The notes under the pieces are model-generated. The model did not search any database and was not told where the DNA came from. It saw only the letters and a program-made list of their open reading frames with translations. Both the position numbers and the translations under genes were made by a program. DNA of 55,099 nucleotides from Verrucomicrobiota bacterium (GTDB lineage Bacteria > Verrucomicrobiota > Verrucomicrobiia > JABWAM01), in NCBI GenBank assembly GCA_016198745.1, contig JACQHZ010000407.1, forward strand, positions 1-55,099. The letters run 5' to 3'. Shown one piece after another: positions 1-9,204 of this stretch; position 1 is the stretch's first letter, and every line of letters begins with the position of its first letter.

Positions 1-14
1 AAAGCGGGGAGCGG

Positions 15-34
15 CCCCCAGTCCGGACTGGGGG
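15..34. repeat. perfect 20-bp palindrome (hairpin) downstream of the amidohydrolase gene; possible terminator stem or REP-like element
   Basis: CCCCCAGTCCGGACTGGGGG is its own reverse complement. It lies about 100 nt past the minus-strand stop at 131. A second small hairpin TCCCGC-TTTC-GCGGGA sits at 71..86. There is no adjacent T-run, so the function is a guess. Confidence 0.3.
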
Positions 35-130
35 CAGTTTGCTCGATTCACCCCCGCACGAACTCTGGATTCCCGCTTTCGCGGGAAAGACGGCGAGCGA
101 AGGGATGATCTGAAGTTACCATTTTCCGCC

Positions 131-1024
131 TTACAGACCGAGAAGTTTCACTGCGTTTTCTCTGGCAACCTTGTTGAAGACCCCCGCGCTGATTTTCTTC
201 GTATCGCGCCATTCCAAGAGCAGATCCCTCAAGGGGAACTGCTGCTCAAAGTGGCAGATGTCCGTGCCGAAAAACAGGCGATCCTGAAACTCCGTGACGA
301 ACTTCGGCCCGTATTCGGAGTCGCGCGACAACGCAAAGTAGGCGTCGGACAGTTCGCCATACAAAGTGGGATACCTGCGCAAAAGCTTGGGCACGACACC
401 CTCCTCCTTGATCGGTCCACGCTGGGATACAAACCCGACCTGCTCGCCGGTCGGGCGAAACGTTGTCTTGCGCTGGGCCGGCGTCTCCAACCGGCCGATT
501 TCCGCCCAGAACACCGGGCCGTGACCGAGCACCACCAAGTCCGGAAACCTTTGCAGCGTGTGCTCCAGTTGCGGCAAACCGGGATCATCGTACAGGCCGA
601 AATCGCCGCCGACCTGGTCGGAGCCGTCGAACGTCACCGGCAACCCCACCGCCGCGGCGTGCTTGAACAGGTTCTGAACCATCGGATCGCGCACCGGCAC
701 GTTGAGCATGATTTCACCCACGCCCTTGCAACCCTTATCGCGATAGTAGCGCAGCAGCCGGTCCAACGGCGCGTCCACGGAGTTCGTCAGGGCGCGCGGA
801 TCGATGTTGCACCACGGAATGAACCGGTCGGGGTGCTGCTCCGCCATCTCGAGGATGTCCTCGTTGGCCTGGGGAAGATAAATCTCGGGACTGACAATCG
901 GGAGCAGCACGCCGCGTTCGATCCCCATCCGGTCATAGAGCGCGATCACCTGCTCCGCCGTGCAGAACTGAACCGGGAAGGGGATGGGCTTTCGATACGC
1001 ATGAGTGTGAATATCTATAAACAT
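131..1024 (-). CDS. amidohydrolase-family (TIM-barrel, metal-dependent) hydrolase
   Basis: ORF 131..1345 trimmed to the internal ATG at 1024 (MFIDIHTHAY...). This is the HxH metal-binding start motif of amidohydrolase_2-type proteins. The trimmed start lies 2 nt after the stop of the upstream fucosidase gene (1027). The discarded 107 codons are an Arg/Gly/Pro-rich shadow that overlaps that gene. Confidence 0.75.
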   Translation of the reverse strand: MFIDIHTHAYRKPIPFPVQFCTAEQVIALYDRMGIERGVLLPIVSPEIYLPQANEDILEMAEQHPDRFIPWCNIDPRALTNSVDAPLDRLLRYYRDKGCKGVGEIMLNVPVRDPMVQNLFKHAAAVGLPVTFDGSDQVGGDFGLYDDPGLPQLEHTLQRFPDLVVLGHGPVFWAEIGRLETPAQRKTTFRPTGEQVGFVSQRGPIKEEGVVPKLLRRYPTLYGELSDAYFALSRDSEYGPKFVTEFQDRLFFGTDICHFEQQFPLRDLLLEWRDTKKISAGVFNKVARENAVKLLGL

Positions 1025-1026
1025 AT

Positions 1027-2739
1027 TTAATTTCGCAATACCACGCACTGGATATGGGCGAAGAAATATCCGAGGGCCAGTTCGATTGGCGCAAGCGCCA
1101 GTTTGCTCCTGCCCTTCGGCAGGCGGATGGTTCCCAACGGAACATCCTGAAAGTCTTGATGATGTTTTGTCTCCGGCACGACGCCGTGCAGAACCTGGCG
1201 GCCGACCTTGACCACAAACCGCGCCCCACCGTGGAGTGGAAGCGACGCCATCCTTACCGTCACCCGTCGCCGCATCGGCTGCTTGCAACACAAGTACCAT
1301 GTCACCTTCTGGCAGGGATGGGTCCAAGGGCTTAGGTAGTGGCAAGGCGCCCCGGCCTGATCGCTCTTGTGCAGTTCGATCACCGAGCCTTTCAGTCCGA
1401 ATCCTGTTCGCGTGGCCGTCGTGACATCCAATACTGTGGGACCCCGTAATGCGACGTGGTGCTGGGTGGGCGGAGGCGGCTTGGGCGCCGGTTTAACGGA
1501 ATCCGCGCGGGCAAAGGTCATCTCAATGACCTGCGGACAGGGATGCCGCGGCCGAGAGGGCAGTCCGGTTAAGCGGACACAACCATTCTTCCCATCGATA
1601 CCCAAGGCACTGGGGGAACCCATGAGTTTAGCGCTTACGGGATGGGTCTTCAGCCGGGACAGGGAAATGGCGTTCGCAACCGGCCGCCGCAGCAAATGCA
1701 GATAAACTTTCCTGCCGTTCGCCGTGTAAAGCATGTCCTCCGATTCGGCCCGTAGCGGAAGGCCGCGGACGCCGTAAATTGCCGGGGCGTGTTGCTTGAG
1801 CCAGCGGCCAATATCCAAGAGCCGTTGCACCTGGTCTTCCGGAAGGCTGCCGTCGGGTTTGGGACCGATGTTCAACAGGTAATTCCCGTCATTCGCAATC
1901 ATGCGCACGAGACTGTCGAGCAGGGACGGGCTTGAGAACAGGTTGCCCTTGCGGCGGTATCCCCACGATTCCCGGCAGATGGATTGGCAGGCCTCCACCA
2001 TGTAACCCGCCGCGGCAGGCAGATTGGAAAGGGACCGCTCGGGCGTGAAATAGTCCCCGTAGCCGGCGCGATCATTGATGACCGCCGCCGGTTGATGTTT
2101 TTTGATCAGCCGGTACAGTTCGCGGCCGCGCCACATCCGTTCGGTCCGTTGACAGCCATCGAACCAGATCCCGTCGATGCGCCCGTATTTCGTGCACAGT
2201 TCCTCGACCTGACCAAACACGTACGCCATGTATTTGTCCCAATCCGGCTGGTCGTCGGGCAGATCATATTGCAGGTCCTTGAACGCGCCCTTCCGATGGA
2301 CATAATTCGGATGCCGCCAGTCGGGCTGCGAATAGTAAAGGATGATCCGCAGGCCCGTTTTCTGGCAGGCGTGAATGAGTTCCCCGATGAGATCCCGTCC
2401 AAAGGGCGTGTTGGTGATCTTGAAATCCGTCAGAGCCGAGTCAAAGAGGCAGAAGCCATCATGATGTTTGGCCGTGATCGTGAGGTAGCGCGCTCCGGCG
2501 GCCCGCGCCACGCCGACCCACTCCTCGGCCTTGAAACGCCGCGGGTTGAAGCGGCGCGTGAGTTTCGCATACTCCGCCCGTGGAATCTTATCATTATACA
2601 TGATCCATTCATTTCGGCCCGACAAGGCGTAGAGGCCAAAGTGAACGAACATCCCGAAGCGGGCTTCACGAAACCATTCCAGTTCGCGCGGCAATCCCCG
2701 GATGGCAGTTGGCGCTCCAAAAACTTTCAGGGGACTCAT
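1027..2739 (-). CDS. alpha-L-fucosidase (GH29-like) with an extra C-terminal ~170-aa domain
   Basis: GH29 hallmarks: FGMFVHFGLYALSGRNEW, KHHDGFCLFDS, YYSQPDW, IWFDG. I set the start at ATG 2739 (MSPLKVFG...) because the 72 nt upstream (to 2811) belong to a non-coding cassette also found at 40853..41036. Confidence 0.85.
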   Translation of the reverse strand: MSPLKVFGAPTAIRGLPRELEWFREARFGMFVHFGLYALSGRNEWIMYNDKIPRAEYAKLTRRFNPRRFKAEEWVGVARAAGARYLTITAKHHDGFCLFDSALTDFKITNTPFGRDLIGELIHACQKTGLRIILYYSQPDWRHPNYVHRKGAFKDLQYDLPDDQPDWDKYMAYVFGQVEELCTKYGRIDGIWFDGCQRTERMWRGRELYRLIKKHQPAAVINDRAGYGDYFTPERSLSNLPAAAGYMVEACQSICRESWGYRRKGNLFSSPSLLDSLVRMIANDGNYLLNIGPKPDGSLPEDQVQRLLDIGRWLKQHAPAIYGVRGLPLRAESEDMLYTANGRKVYLHLLRRPVANAISLSRLKTHPVSAKLMGSPSALGIDGKNGCVRLTGLPSRPRHPCPQVIEMTFARADSVKPAPKPPPPTQHHVALRGPTVLDVTTATRTGFGLKGSVIELHKSDQAGAPCHYLSPWTHPCQKVTWYLCCKQPMRRRVTVRMASLPLHGGARFVVKVGRQVLHGVVPETKHHQDFQDVPLGTIRLPKGRSKLALAPIELALGYFFAHIQCVVLRN

Positions 2740-2905
2740 GCGTCCGTCCTCGCGGAAGCGGGGAAGGCCAACCGTTGAACCGTGAACCTGAGTAGTTACC
2801 ATTCCTGTCACTATACGCGCTTTCCGGACCAGAACAACAAACGGCCGCGGGGCATTCTCGAAAGTGAATGAGTCACTTTTCGGAGGGCCACCAGGTCATT
2901 TCTTG
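2737..2905 (-). promoter_or_regulatory. conserved promoter/5' leader cassette, copy A (paralogous to 40853..41036)
   Basis: Near base-for-base alignment with 40853..41036. It ends exactly on the fucosidase ATG. It contains the 13-bp palindrome GTGAATGAGTCAC (2864..2876) and TGAACC-type repeats (2769..2788). Confidence 0.5.
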
Positions 2906-3128
2906 CGGGACAGCCCCAGCACATCGCTCCCCCCTTGTCAATGGTTCTTCATTTTCGGACTGCGAGTGACGTGGGTCATGTCGTTGATGGCAGACGCAGC
3001 TGTCTTGCTGCGTGCTCTCGCCCTGCTTCAGAAATCCGCCACCTGTCTGCCGATGTTTGAGTTGACTCCAAATTAAATGGCCTTCGATTTTGAATCAAAA
3101 AAAACTTCATAGAATTTCCTAACACCCT

Positions 3129-5297
3129 CTAATAGGGCATTTCGCCTTTCTTGTAGTGGATGAAATGTTCTGCTCCAAAGCCGGTCGCGAAGAATTCCTC
3201 GCGCGATCGATCGACGTTGTTTCCGATTCCTATCACCTTGCGTTCGCGTGGTTCACAAGAACATTTCACCCCGTTCATCATGAGTATCTGATGACTATTT
3301 CCAACGTTGTGCACTTCTATGCTTTGTTTCCGCACATTGAAGAATCCGACGTCATGTCGGTTCTTGCGGGTCTTCCACGCAGCAAGGTCAACGCGTCGAT
3401 CTTCCGGAATGAGCGCCAAGTTACCGAAGCAGTACGCGATGCGAAGATCGTTGGCGGGGATTTCAAAGGGTTTTGTGGTGCGTCCGTTCAGCCAGAGTCT
3501 GGTCGCTGCCGGGCAATCCGGATCGGTATTGAGGAGATACACCACGCTGTATTTCCGCCTTGAGCCGGGCAAGGCGCCATCATAAACCGCATAACGAACC
3601 CGATCGCTGGAAAGCAAACGGATATGGCCCTGTTCACCAGCGAGGATCGTCCTCAGTAGATCTTCTGTGAACAGGCGGATTCCTTCATCTCCTGGGTACT
3701 GCCAAACAGTCACGAGAAATGCCTTACCCTTACCGAGTGAGTTTTCAACAAGGATGGGCCGCCTCGCCAGTTTCTCGGTTGTAGTATGATAGTAATCGTC
3801 GTAGCCGCTGAGAATCCGTGCGCTGGTCGCCTTTACTCTGGCAGGTGTAATCTCGCCGATGAATCTAGGGTCTGTGTTGAAACGCCAGCGCGGAAACCGG
3901 TAGGCCGACAGGGAGGAATCTGCAAAGCATTTTACGCCCATCACATTGGGCTTCCCTTTACCGAGCACCTTCACACCGAACAGATCGCTGAAGTCGCCAT
4001 TGCGGAAGAGCTTGAGATCGCGTGCTCGATCCGTGTGAGTGCTGAGGTGGGGGACGTACATGACCAGATGGCCGCCTGCCTGCACATATTTCTTTAGCGT
4101 CTCGTAAATCTCTGCAGTCATCGTGTTCCAGCCTAGAAAGAGCAGGCATCGGTAAGACTTGAGAACACCGAGCGGGGCTTCAATGGGAACCACGTCATAT
4201 TGTCCATAAGGCGGATTGCCGGAGAAATCTGTCTCGCCCTGAACATAACTGTTGGACCATTCTTCCTTGCGATGGAACTTGTTGACGAGTTCCCATCCCT
4301 TTTCGGCCGGGCCAGCGAGCCATTTCTTCCCTTTGAACTGGCCCCAGACGTATTTGTTCCACAATCCTGGCGCGCCATCGAGGTTGCCATGAACCACGCC
4401 GAGAGCGACCTTGGGGGCGCCGTTAGGCCTCGTGTGAATGCAAGCGAATTGATATATTTCGCGCAACGTTCTACGCACACGTTTCATCTCCTTGCTGTGA
4501 AAGGCGAATATCTGTCCTCTGTTTTGATCATAGGTATAGTGCCCGGATTCAGGCCACATGAATTTGGCGCCGCTAATGTAAGAATAATAAAGCGCCGTCT
4601 TCCACCGTTTCTGCCATAGTTCATCGAAGTAAACGCCGCCGTAACACATCATGGCGATGTGCGCGCCCCAAGATTTGTTGTACGCGCGAGCAGCGCCTCG
4701 AATGGCAGCGTGCATCAAGTGCGGATCTCCCGGCATGACCTCCAAGCCTAGAACGTCGATGCCGGCTTGCACGAGATATTTGAAGACCAAGCTGGAATCC
4801 ACGTTCAACAACGGGCCTTTGCCCATTTCTTTGAGCTCAAATTCAATGAACCGCTTCAGGTAGGCAACGTAGGCGTCCCTGGCCTCGGACATCGTCTTGA
4901 CCGGCGGCAGGTTCACATATTCCCCAACCCGCCGTCGGATGAGATAGCTCTTCAGCCAATAAAGCACCCCGCCTGCTTCCCCTATCGCCGTGCGCCCCCC
5001 GTAAAACTCGCCCGCCGCGTCGATGATTTGACCTATCTCAGCCTTGCTATAGAACTGATCGCGCGGGAGCGGCGTCCCCGCCATCCAGTGCCCCAAATCG
5101 GTTGAGCCACGGATGAGGATCTCGTTGAAAAAAAGCATGATCTTGCGTTCCTTGCAGTATTCAACCACGGCCAGCGCTTCGGCCTTTTCCTTTGGGAGTC
5201 CGGTAAGCACACAATTCCCCAACTTCAACTTTGTGAAATCCTTTAGGTGCGCAATGCCGCAAGGCACGCTTGCGCCGATCATTATTGGATTATGCAT
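3129..5297 (-). CDS. hypothetical protein, GH42-like architecture (TIM-barrel-like N-terminus plus glutamine-amidotransferase-like middle domain)
   Basis: 722-aa ORF whose start overlaps the upstream alpha-oxoamine synthase stop by 16 nt, so it is an operon member. The segment CLLFLGWNTMTAEIYETLKKYVQAGGHLVMYVP resembles the domain that follows the barrel in GH42-type enzymes. The same signature occurs in 13530..16013. I cannot name a family with certainty. Confidence 0.55.
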   Translation of the reverse strand: MHNPIMIGASVPCGIAHLKDFTKLKLGNCVLTGLPKEKAEALAVVEYCKERKIMLFFNEILIRGSTDLGHWMAGTPLPRDQFYSKAEIGQIIDAAGEFYGGRTAIGEAGGVLYWLKSYLIRRRVGEYVNLPPVKTMSEARDAYVAYLKRFIEFELKEMGKGPLLNVDSSLVFKYLVQAGIDVLGLEVMPGDPHLMHAAIRGAARAYNKSWGAHIAMMCYGGVYFDELWQKRWKTALYYSYISGAKFMWPESGHYTYDQNRGQIFAFHSKEMKRVRRTLREIYQFACIHTRPNGAPKVALGVVHGNLDGAPGLWNKYVWGQFKGKKWLAGPAEKGWELVNKFHRKEEWSNSYVQGETDFSGNPPYGQYDVVPIEAPLGVLKSYRCLLFLGWNTMTAEIYETLKKYVQAGGHLVMYVPHLSTHTDRARDLKLFRNGDFSDLFGVKVLGKGKPNVMGVKCFADSSLSAYRFPRWRFNTDPRFIGEITPARVKATSARILSGYDDYYHTTTEKLARRPILVENSLGKGKAFLVTVWQYPGDEGIRLFTEDLLRTILAGEQGHIRLLSSDRVRYAVYDGALPGSRRKYSVVYLLNTDPDCPAATRLWLNGRTTKPFEIPANDLRIAYCFGNLALIPEDRRVDLAAWKTRKNRHDVGFFNVRKQSIEVHNVGNSHQILMMNGVKCSCEPRERKVIGIGNNVDRSREEFFATGFGAEHFIHYKKGEMPY

Positions 5298-6535
5298 GAT
5301 TTTGCTCTCCTGAGGTTGCGTCGCGTTTTGAAATGGGAAATCGTTCTCCGCGCAGCGGGCGTGGATGAAATCAGTCCCAACTGGCGGCTGACTCTCTCGA
5401 ACGCATCAATTGTTTTCTTCAAATCCTCCTCGCGGTGCGCGGCGGTGATGATTGTGCGAAGGCGGGATGTCTTCGGCGGCACGTAGGGTGGGCCGATCTT
5501 ACTTACATAGACGCCCGCTCGGAACAGCCGCTCCGCGAAACGCCTTGCGATCTCATCGTCGCCAACCAGGATCGGGACGATTGGCGTCTGGCTTCCCATC
5601 GTATCGAAGCCGAGCCTGGTCAGCCCGCTCTTGAAAAATGTTACGTTGTCCCAAAGCTTTTGTCTGATCCCTGAATCTTTGCGCAGAAGCCGCACGGCTG
5701 CGAGCGACGCAGCCGCGCAGGAAGCGGGCAGACTCGTCGTGAAAAGAAAGGTCCTGGCGACTCGGGCGAGATAAGCGATCAGATCGTTGCTGCCGGCAAT
5801 GTAGCCGCCGACTGATCCGAGCGCTTTGCCCAACGTACCCATCAATACATCGACTTTTCCATCCAGGCCGAAGTGTTCGACTCCTCCGCCCCCGTGCGCG
5901 CCGAGAACGCCCGTGGCGTGGGCCTCATCGACCATCAGAAACGCGTCGTATTTTTCGCACAAGGCCACGATCTCCGGCAACTGCGCAATATGCCCATCCA
6001 TGCTGAAAACCGTATCCGTCACAATCATGCGCTTGCGGAAGCCCCTGCCCGCCGCGAGCCGTTCCTCCAGATGCGCCAGGTCGTTGTGGCGGTAGATTTT
6101 CTTTTCGGCGCGTGACAGGCGGCAACCATCCACAATGCTGCCGTGGTTCAACTCGTCGCTGAAGACAGCGTCTCCGTCCACCGCCACCGCCGGGATCACC
6201 CCCCCATTCGCCGCATTCCCAGAGTTAAAAACCAGCGCCGCCTCCGCGCCCTTTAAATCGGCCAACTCTTCTTCCAATTCCTCGTGGATCGGAGTGCTCC
6301 CAGACAAGGATCGTGCCGCGGCTGTTCCCACTCCATACTTTTCAATGGCCTTTATGGCGGCCTCTTTGAGGACGGGGTGATTCGCGAGACCGAGATAGTT
6401 GTTTGAACACAGCGATATTTTGCATCCGCCGTCGATGCGCACGCGTCCGCCTTGGGGACTCTCCAGGACACGCCAAGAAGGGGCGCCGAGGCGCGCGTTC
6501 TCTTCTCGCACGAAGTGATTCAGTGCGCGGCTCAT
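5282..6535 (-). CDS. PLP-dependent alpha-oxoamine synthase (2-amino-3-ketobutyrate CoA ligase / 8-amino-7-oxononanoate synthase family)
   Basis: Motifs NNYLGLANHP, SDELNHGSI, FSMDGHIAQL, VDEAHATGVLG and the PLP-lysine context GTLGKALGSVGGY. ATGA overlap with the upstream aminotransferase at 6532..6535. Confidence 0.85.
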   Translation of the reverse strand: MSRALNHFVREENARLGAPSWRVLESPQGGRVRIDGGCKISLCSNNYLGLANHPVLKEAAIKAIEKYGVGTAAARSLSGSTPIHEELEEELADLKGAEAALVFNSGNAANGGVIPAVAVDGDAVFSDELNHGSIVDGCRLSRAEKKIYRHNDLAHLEERLAAGRGFRKRMIVTDTVFSMDGHIAQLPEIVALCEKYDAFLMVDEAHATGVLGAHGGGGVEHFGLDGKVDVLMGTLGKALGSVGGYIAGSNDLIAYLARVARTFLFTTSLPASCAAASLAAVRLLRKDSGIRQKLWDNVTFFKSGLTRLGFDTMGSQTPIVPILVGDDEIARRFAERLFRAGVYVSKIGPPYVPPKTSRLRTIITAAHREEDLKKTIDAFERVSRQLGLISSTPAARRTISHFKTRRNLRRAKSCIIQ

Positions 6536-7704
6536 GTTCTGCGTATGCTGTCCACCACTGCCGCCATTTTTTTGACTACGAGGCGCAGATCTTCCAATTC
6601 ACCCCCGAACGGCACGCGCAAATGCCCGGTTGATTGAAACCAGTGCGCGGGCGTCGTTTCGATCCCGGCTTCCCGCATCAGCAATCGGCTCAATTTCTCC
6701 GGATCCACCATGCCGAGCTCGCTGACGTTCAGCCAAAGGTAGGGTCCGCCTTGGGGCTTGACGGCGCTCAGGCCATCGATGGAGTTGAGTCCCTCCCAGA
6801 TTGTGTCGCGCATGCGTTGAAAATTTTTCGGGATATCGTGAAGCCATTCCTGCGGCCCTTCGATCGCGGCCAGCGCCGCGCGCTGACAGACGTTGGAGGG
6901 ATAGAAGGTAATCCATTCATGAACGCGTTTGATGTGTCTGCAAATATCGGCGTTCGCCACCACGTAGCCGGTGCGATACATCGGCAGCGCGTAGCTCTTG
7001 GTGCAACTGAAGACGCTGATCGCGCGGTCCGCCACGCCCGGCAGCGAGGCGAAGCTGACGTGTTTCCGGCCGTCGTACATGAAGCGGTCGTAGGATTCAT
7101 CGCACAGAACGAACAGATCGTGTCTCCGCGCGAATTCGGCGACGGCCTCCAGGTCCTCGCGCGTGGCGACATAGCCGGTCGGGTTCTGCGGCGTGTTGAT
7201 GATCAGCAACTTGGTCCACTTCGTGATGGCCTTTTCCAACGCCCGCACGTTCCATCGGAAGCCTTCCGACTCGTCCAGATGCGCATAAATCGCCTTCCCG
7301 CCAGCCAGGTGGATGTGTCCGTAGAAGAAAAATATCGGGCTGAAACTCAGGACTTCGTCCCCCGGGTCGATCGTCGCTTGCAAGGCGCAAAACAGACTTT
7401 CCATCGCTCCATAAGTGACAACGATTTCGGTCTCAGGATCTGCCGTGATGCCATTTTCCCGTTGCAGCTTTTTTGCGAGCGCCTCACGAAGCGGATTCAA
7501 ACCCTCCGCCCGGCCAAACTGAATCTCCTCGACGGCTTTTAGCGCGGCTTCTTTGACATGCTTGGCCGGTTGGCAATTCGGAGTGCCCCACAACGGAATG
7601 AAGCGTTGTCCGGTTGCCTCCAAGTCCATGGCCTGGCGCGCCGTGTAGTTTGCGCCGATGGTTTCAAGCTCGGCAACGCGTTTTGAGATGGTTGGTCGTT
7701 TCAT
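6532..7704 (-). CDS. class I/II PLP-dependent aminotransferase
   Basis: LIINTPQNPTGYV and the SCTKSYALPMYRTGY lysine motif. 390 aa, typical for aspartate/aromatic aminotransferase-like enzymes. Confidence 0.85.
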   Translation of the reverse strand: MKRPTISKRVAELETIGANYTARQAMDLEATGQRFIPLWGTPNCQPAKHVKEAALKAVEEIQFGRAEGLNPLREALAKKLQRENGITADPETEIVVTYGAMESLFCALQATIDPGDEVLSFSPIFFFYGHIHLAGGKAIYAHLDESEGFRWNVRALEKAITKWTKLLIINTPQNPTGYVATREDLEAVAEFARRHDLFVLCDESYDRFMYDGRKHVSFASLPGVADRAISVFSCTKSYALPMYRTGYVVANADICRHIKRVHEWITFYPSNVCQRAALAAIEGPQEWLHDIPKNFQRMRDTIWEGLNSIDGLSAVKPQGGPYLWLNVSELGMVDPEKLSRLLMREAGIETTPAHWFQSTGHLRVPFGGELEDLRLVVKKMAAVVDSIRRT

Positions 7705-7731
7705 GCCTTTATTCTTCCTTCTCGTGTAGTG

Positions 7732-9204
7732 TCAATTGCACCACGGATTTGGCTCGCGCGATAGGTTCACCCAGACGTCTTTCGCCTGAGTGTAAATCCC
7801 GATGGCCTCAAGCCCCATCTCGCGCCCGAAGCCGCTCTCCTTGTATCCTCCGTATGGCGTCGCCCAGCTAAAGTGGGTGGTGACATTGATCCAGAGCACG
7901 CCCGCCTTGAGCCTCCTGGCCATTATGTGCGCCCGTGAAATATCCCGAGTCCACACGGCAGCAGCAAGTCCGTAGGTCGTGTCGTTGGCCAGACTAACCG
8001 CCTCGTCTTCGTCCTTGAAGGTCATGACACAAGAGACCGGACCGAAAATTTCTTCTCTGGCAATTCGCATATCGCGCTTCACGCGGGTGAATACGGTTGG
8101 AGTAAAGAAACATCCTTTGTCCAACTTGGAATCCTTCGGCCTGGCGCCGCCAATCTCCAGCTTCGCCCCCTCCGCTTTGCCCGATTCAACGTAATCGCCA
8201 ACTCGCTTGAGCTGCTTCGCTGAAACCAGCGCCCCGAGCTGGGTCTTTTCGTCCATGGGATTGCCAACGCGGAGGGACTTGGCCTTTGCCAAGAGCTTCT
8301 CCATGAACTTGTCGTAAATCGTTTCGTGCAGAAAAAGACGCGAGCCGGCACAGCAAACTTGGCCCTGATTCAGAAAGATTCCGAAGAGCGCGCCCGCTAC
8401 CGCCGCATCCAGGTCGGCGTCGGGGAAAACGATGTTGGGGGATTTCCCGCCCAGTTCGAGCGTCACGTGTTTGACCGTGTCCGCTGCTACGCGCATGATG
8501 TGCTTGCCAATCTCCGTGCTGCCGGTGAACGCGATCTTGTCCACGCCGGGATGCCGCACCAGCGCCTCGCCAGCAGTTGGGCCGTATCCGGGCACGATGT
8601 TAACGACGCCGTCCGGTAGGCCCGCCTCTTGCGATAGCCGCCCCAACTCAAGCGCGGAAAGAGGGGTGTCCTCGGCGGGTTTGAGCACCAGCGTGTTGCC
8701 GCACGCCAGCGCGGGCGCGAGCTTGATGGCGGCGTTCAGGATCGGGAAGTTCCAGGCGGTGATCTGGCCGACGACACCCACTGGCTCGCGGAGCGTGTAA
8801 TTCAGGAAACCGTCGCCAACGGGGACGGTGCTCCCGCAAATCTTGTCGGGCAGCCCGGCGAAATAGTCGAAGAACTCGGCCGCCACCGGCACGTCTACGG
8901 TGCGCGTGTCGGTGATCGGCTTGCCGCAATCGCGCGTGTCGAGGAGGGCGAGTTCCTCCGCATTCTTGCGGATCAGATCGGCCATCCTTCTCAGATATTT
9001 TCCTCGTTCGGATGGATCGGTCCGTCCCCAAGGACCATCCAGGGCTTTTCTGGCTGCGGCAACGGCTCGATCGATGTCGGTCGCATCCCCTTCGGCCACT
9101 TCCGCGATCACTTCTCCCGTGGCCGGATTTCTGGTCTGGAACCGCTTTCCAGAAACCGCCGTCTGCCACTTGCCGCCGATCAAGAGTTCATGCTGGGTTT
9201 TCAT
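7732..9204 (-). CDS. NAD(P)+-dependent aldehyde dehydrogenase
   Basis: FTGSTEIGKHIM, catalytic Glu context ELGGKSPNIVF and catalytic Cys context NQGQVCCAGSRLF. Start trimmed to MKTQHELLIGGKW (ATG 9204), which gives an ATGA overlap (9201..9204) with the upstream gene's stop. Confidence 0.9.
   Translation of the reverse strand: MKTQHELLIGGKWQTAVSGKRFQTRNPATGEVIAEVAEGDATDIDRAVAAARKALDGPWGRTDPSERGKYLRRMADLIRKNAEELALLDTRDCGKPITDTRTVDVPVAAEFFDYFAGLPDKICGSTVPVGDGFLNYTLREPVGVVGQITAWNFPILNAAIKLAPALACGNTLVLKPAEDTPLSALELGRLSQEAGLPDGVVNIVPGYGPTAGEALVRHPGVDKIAFTGSTEIGKHIMRVAADTVKHVTLELGGKSPNIVFPDADLDAAVAGALFGIFLNQGQVCCAGSRLFLHETIYDKFMEKLLAKAKSLRVGNPMDEKTQLGALVSAKQLKRVGDYVESGKAEGAKLEIGGARPKDSKLDKGCFFTPTVFTRVKRDMRIAREEIFGPVSCVMTFKDEDEAVSLANDTTYGLAAAVWTRDISRAHIMARRLKAGVLWINVTTHFSWATPYGGYKESGFGREMGLEAIGIYTQAKDVWVNLSREPNPWCN

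Noticed and set aside
2740-2811. 24-codon N-terminal extension of the fucosidase ORF (MTGMVTTQVHGSTVGLPRFREDGR)
   Set aside because: This stretch is part of the non-coding cassette duplicated at 40853..41036, where it is not in any long ORF. The TGAACC repeats are what produce the peptide.
2864-3076. Small plus-strand ORFs 2864..3076 and 40999..41283, both starting MNESLFGGPP / MSHFSEGRQ
   Set aside because: Their shared start is the conserved cassette sequence (GTGAATGAGTCACTTTTCGGAGGGCC). The two translations are in different frames and diverge immediately outside the cassette.
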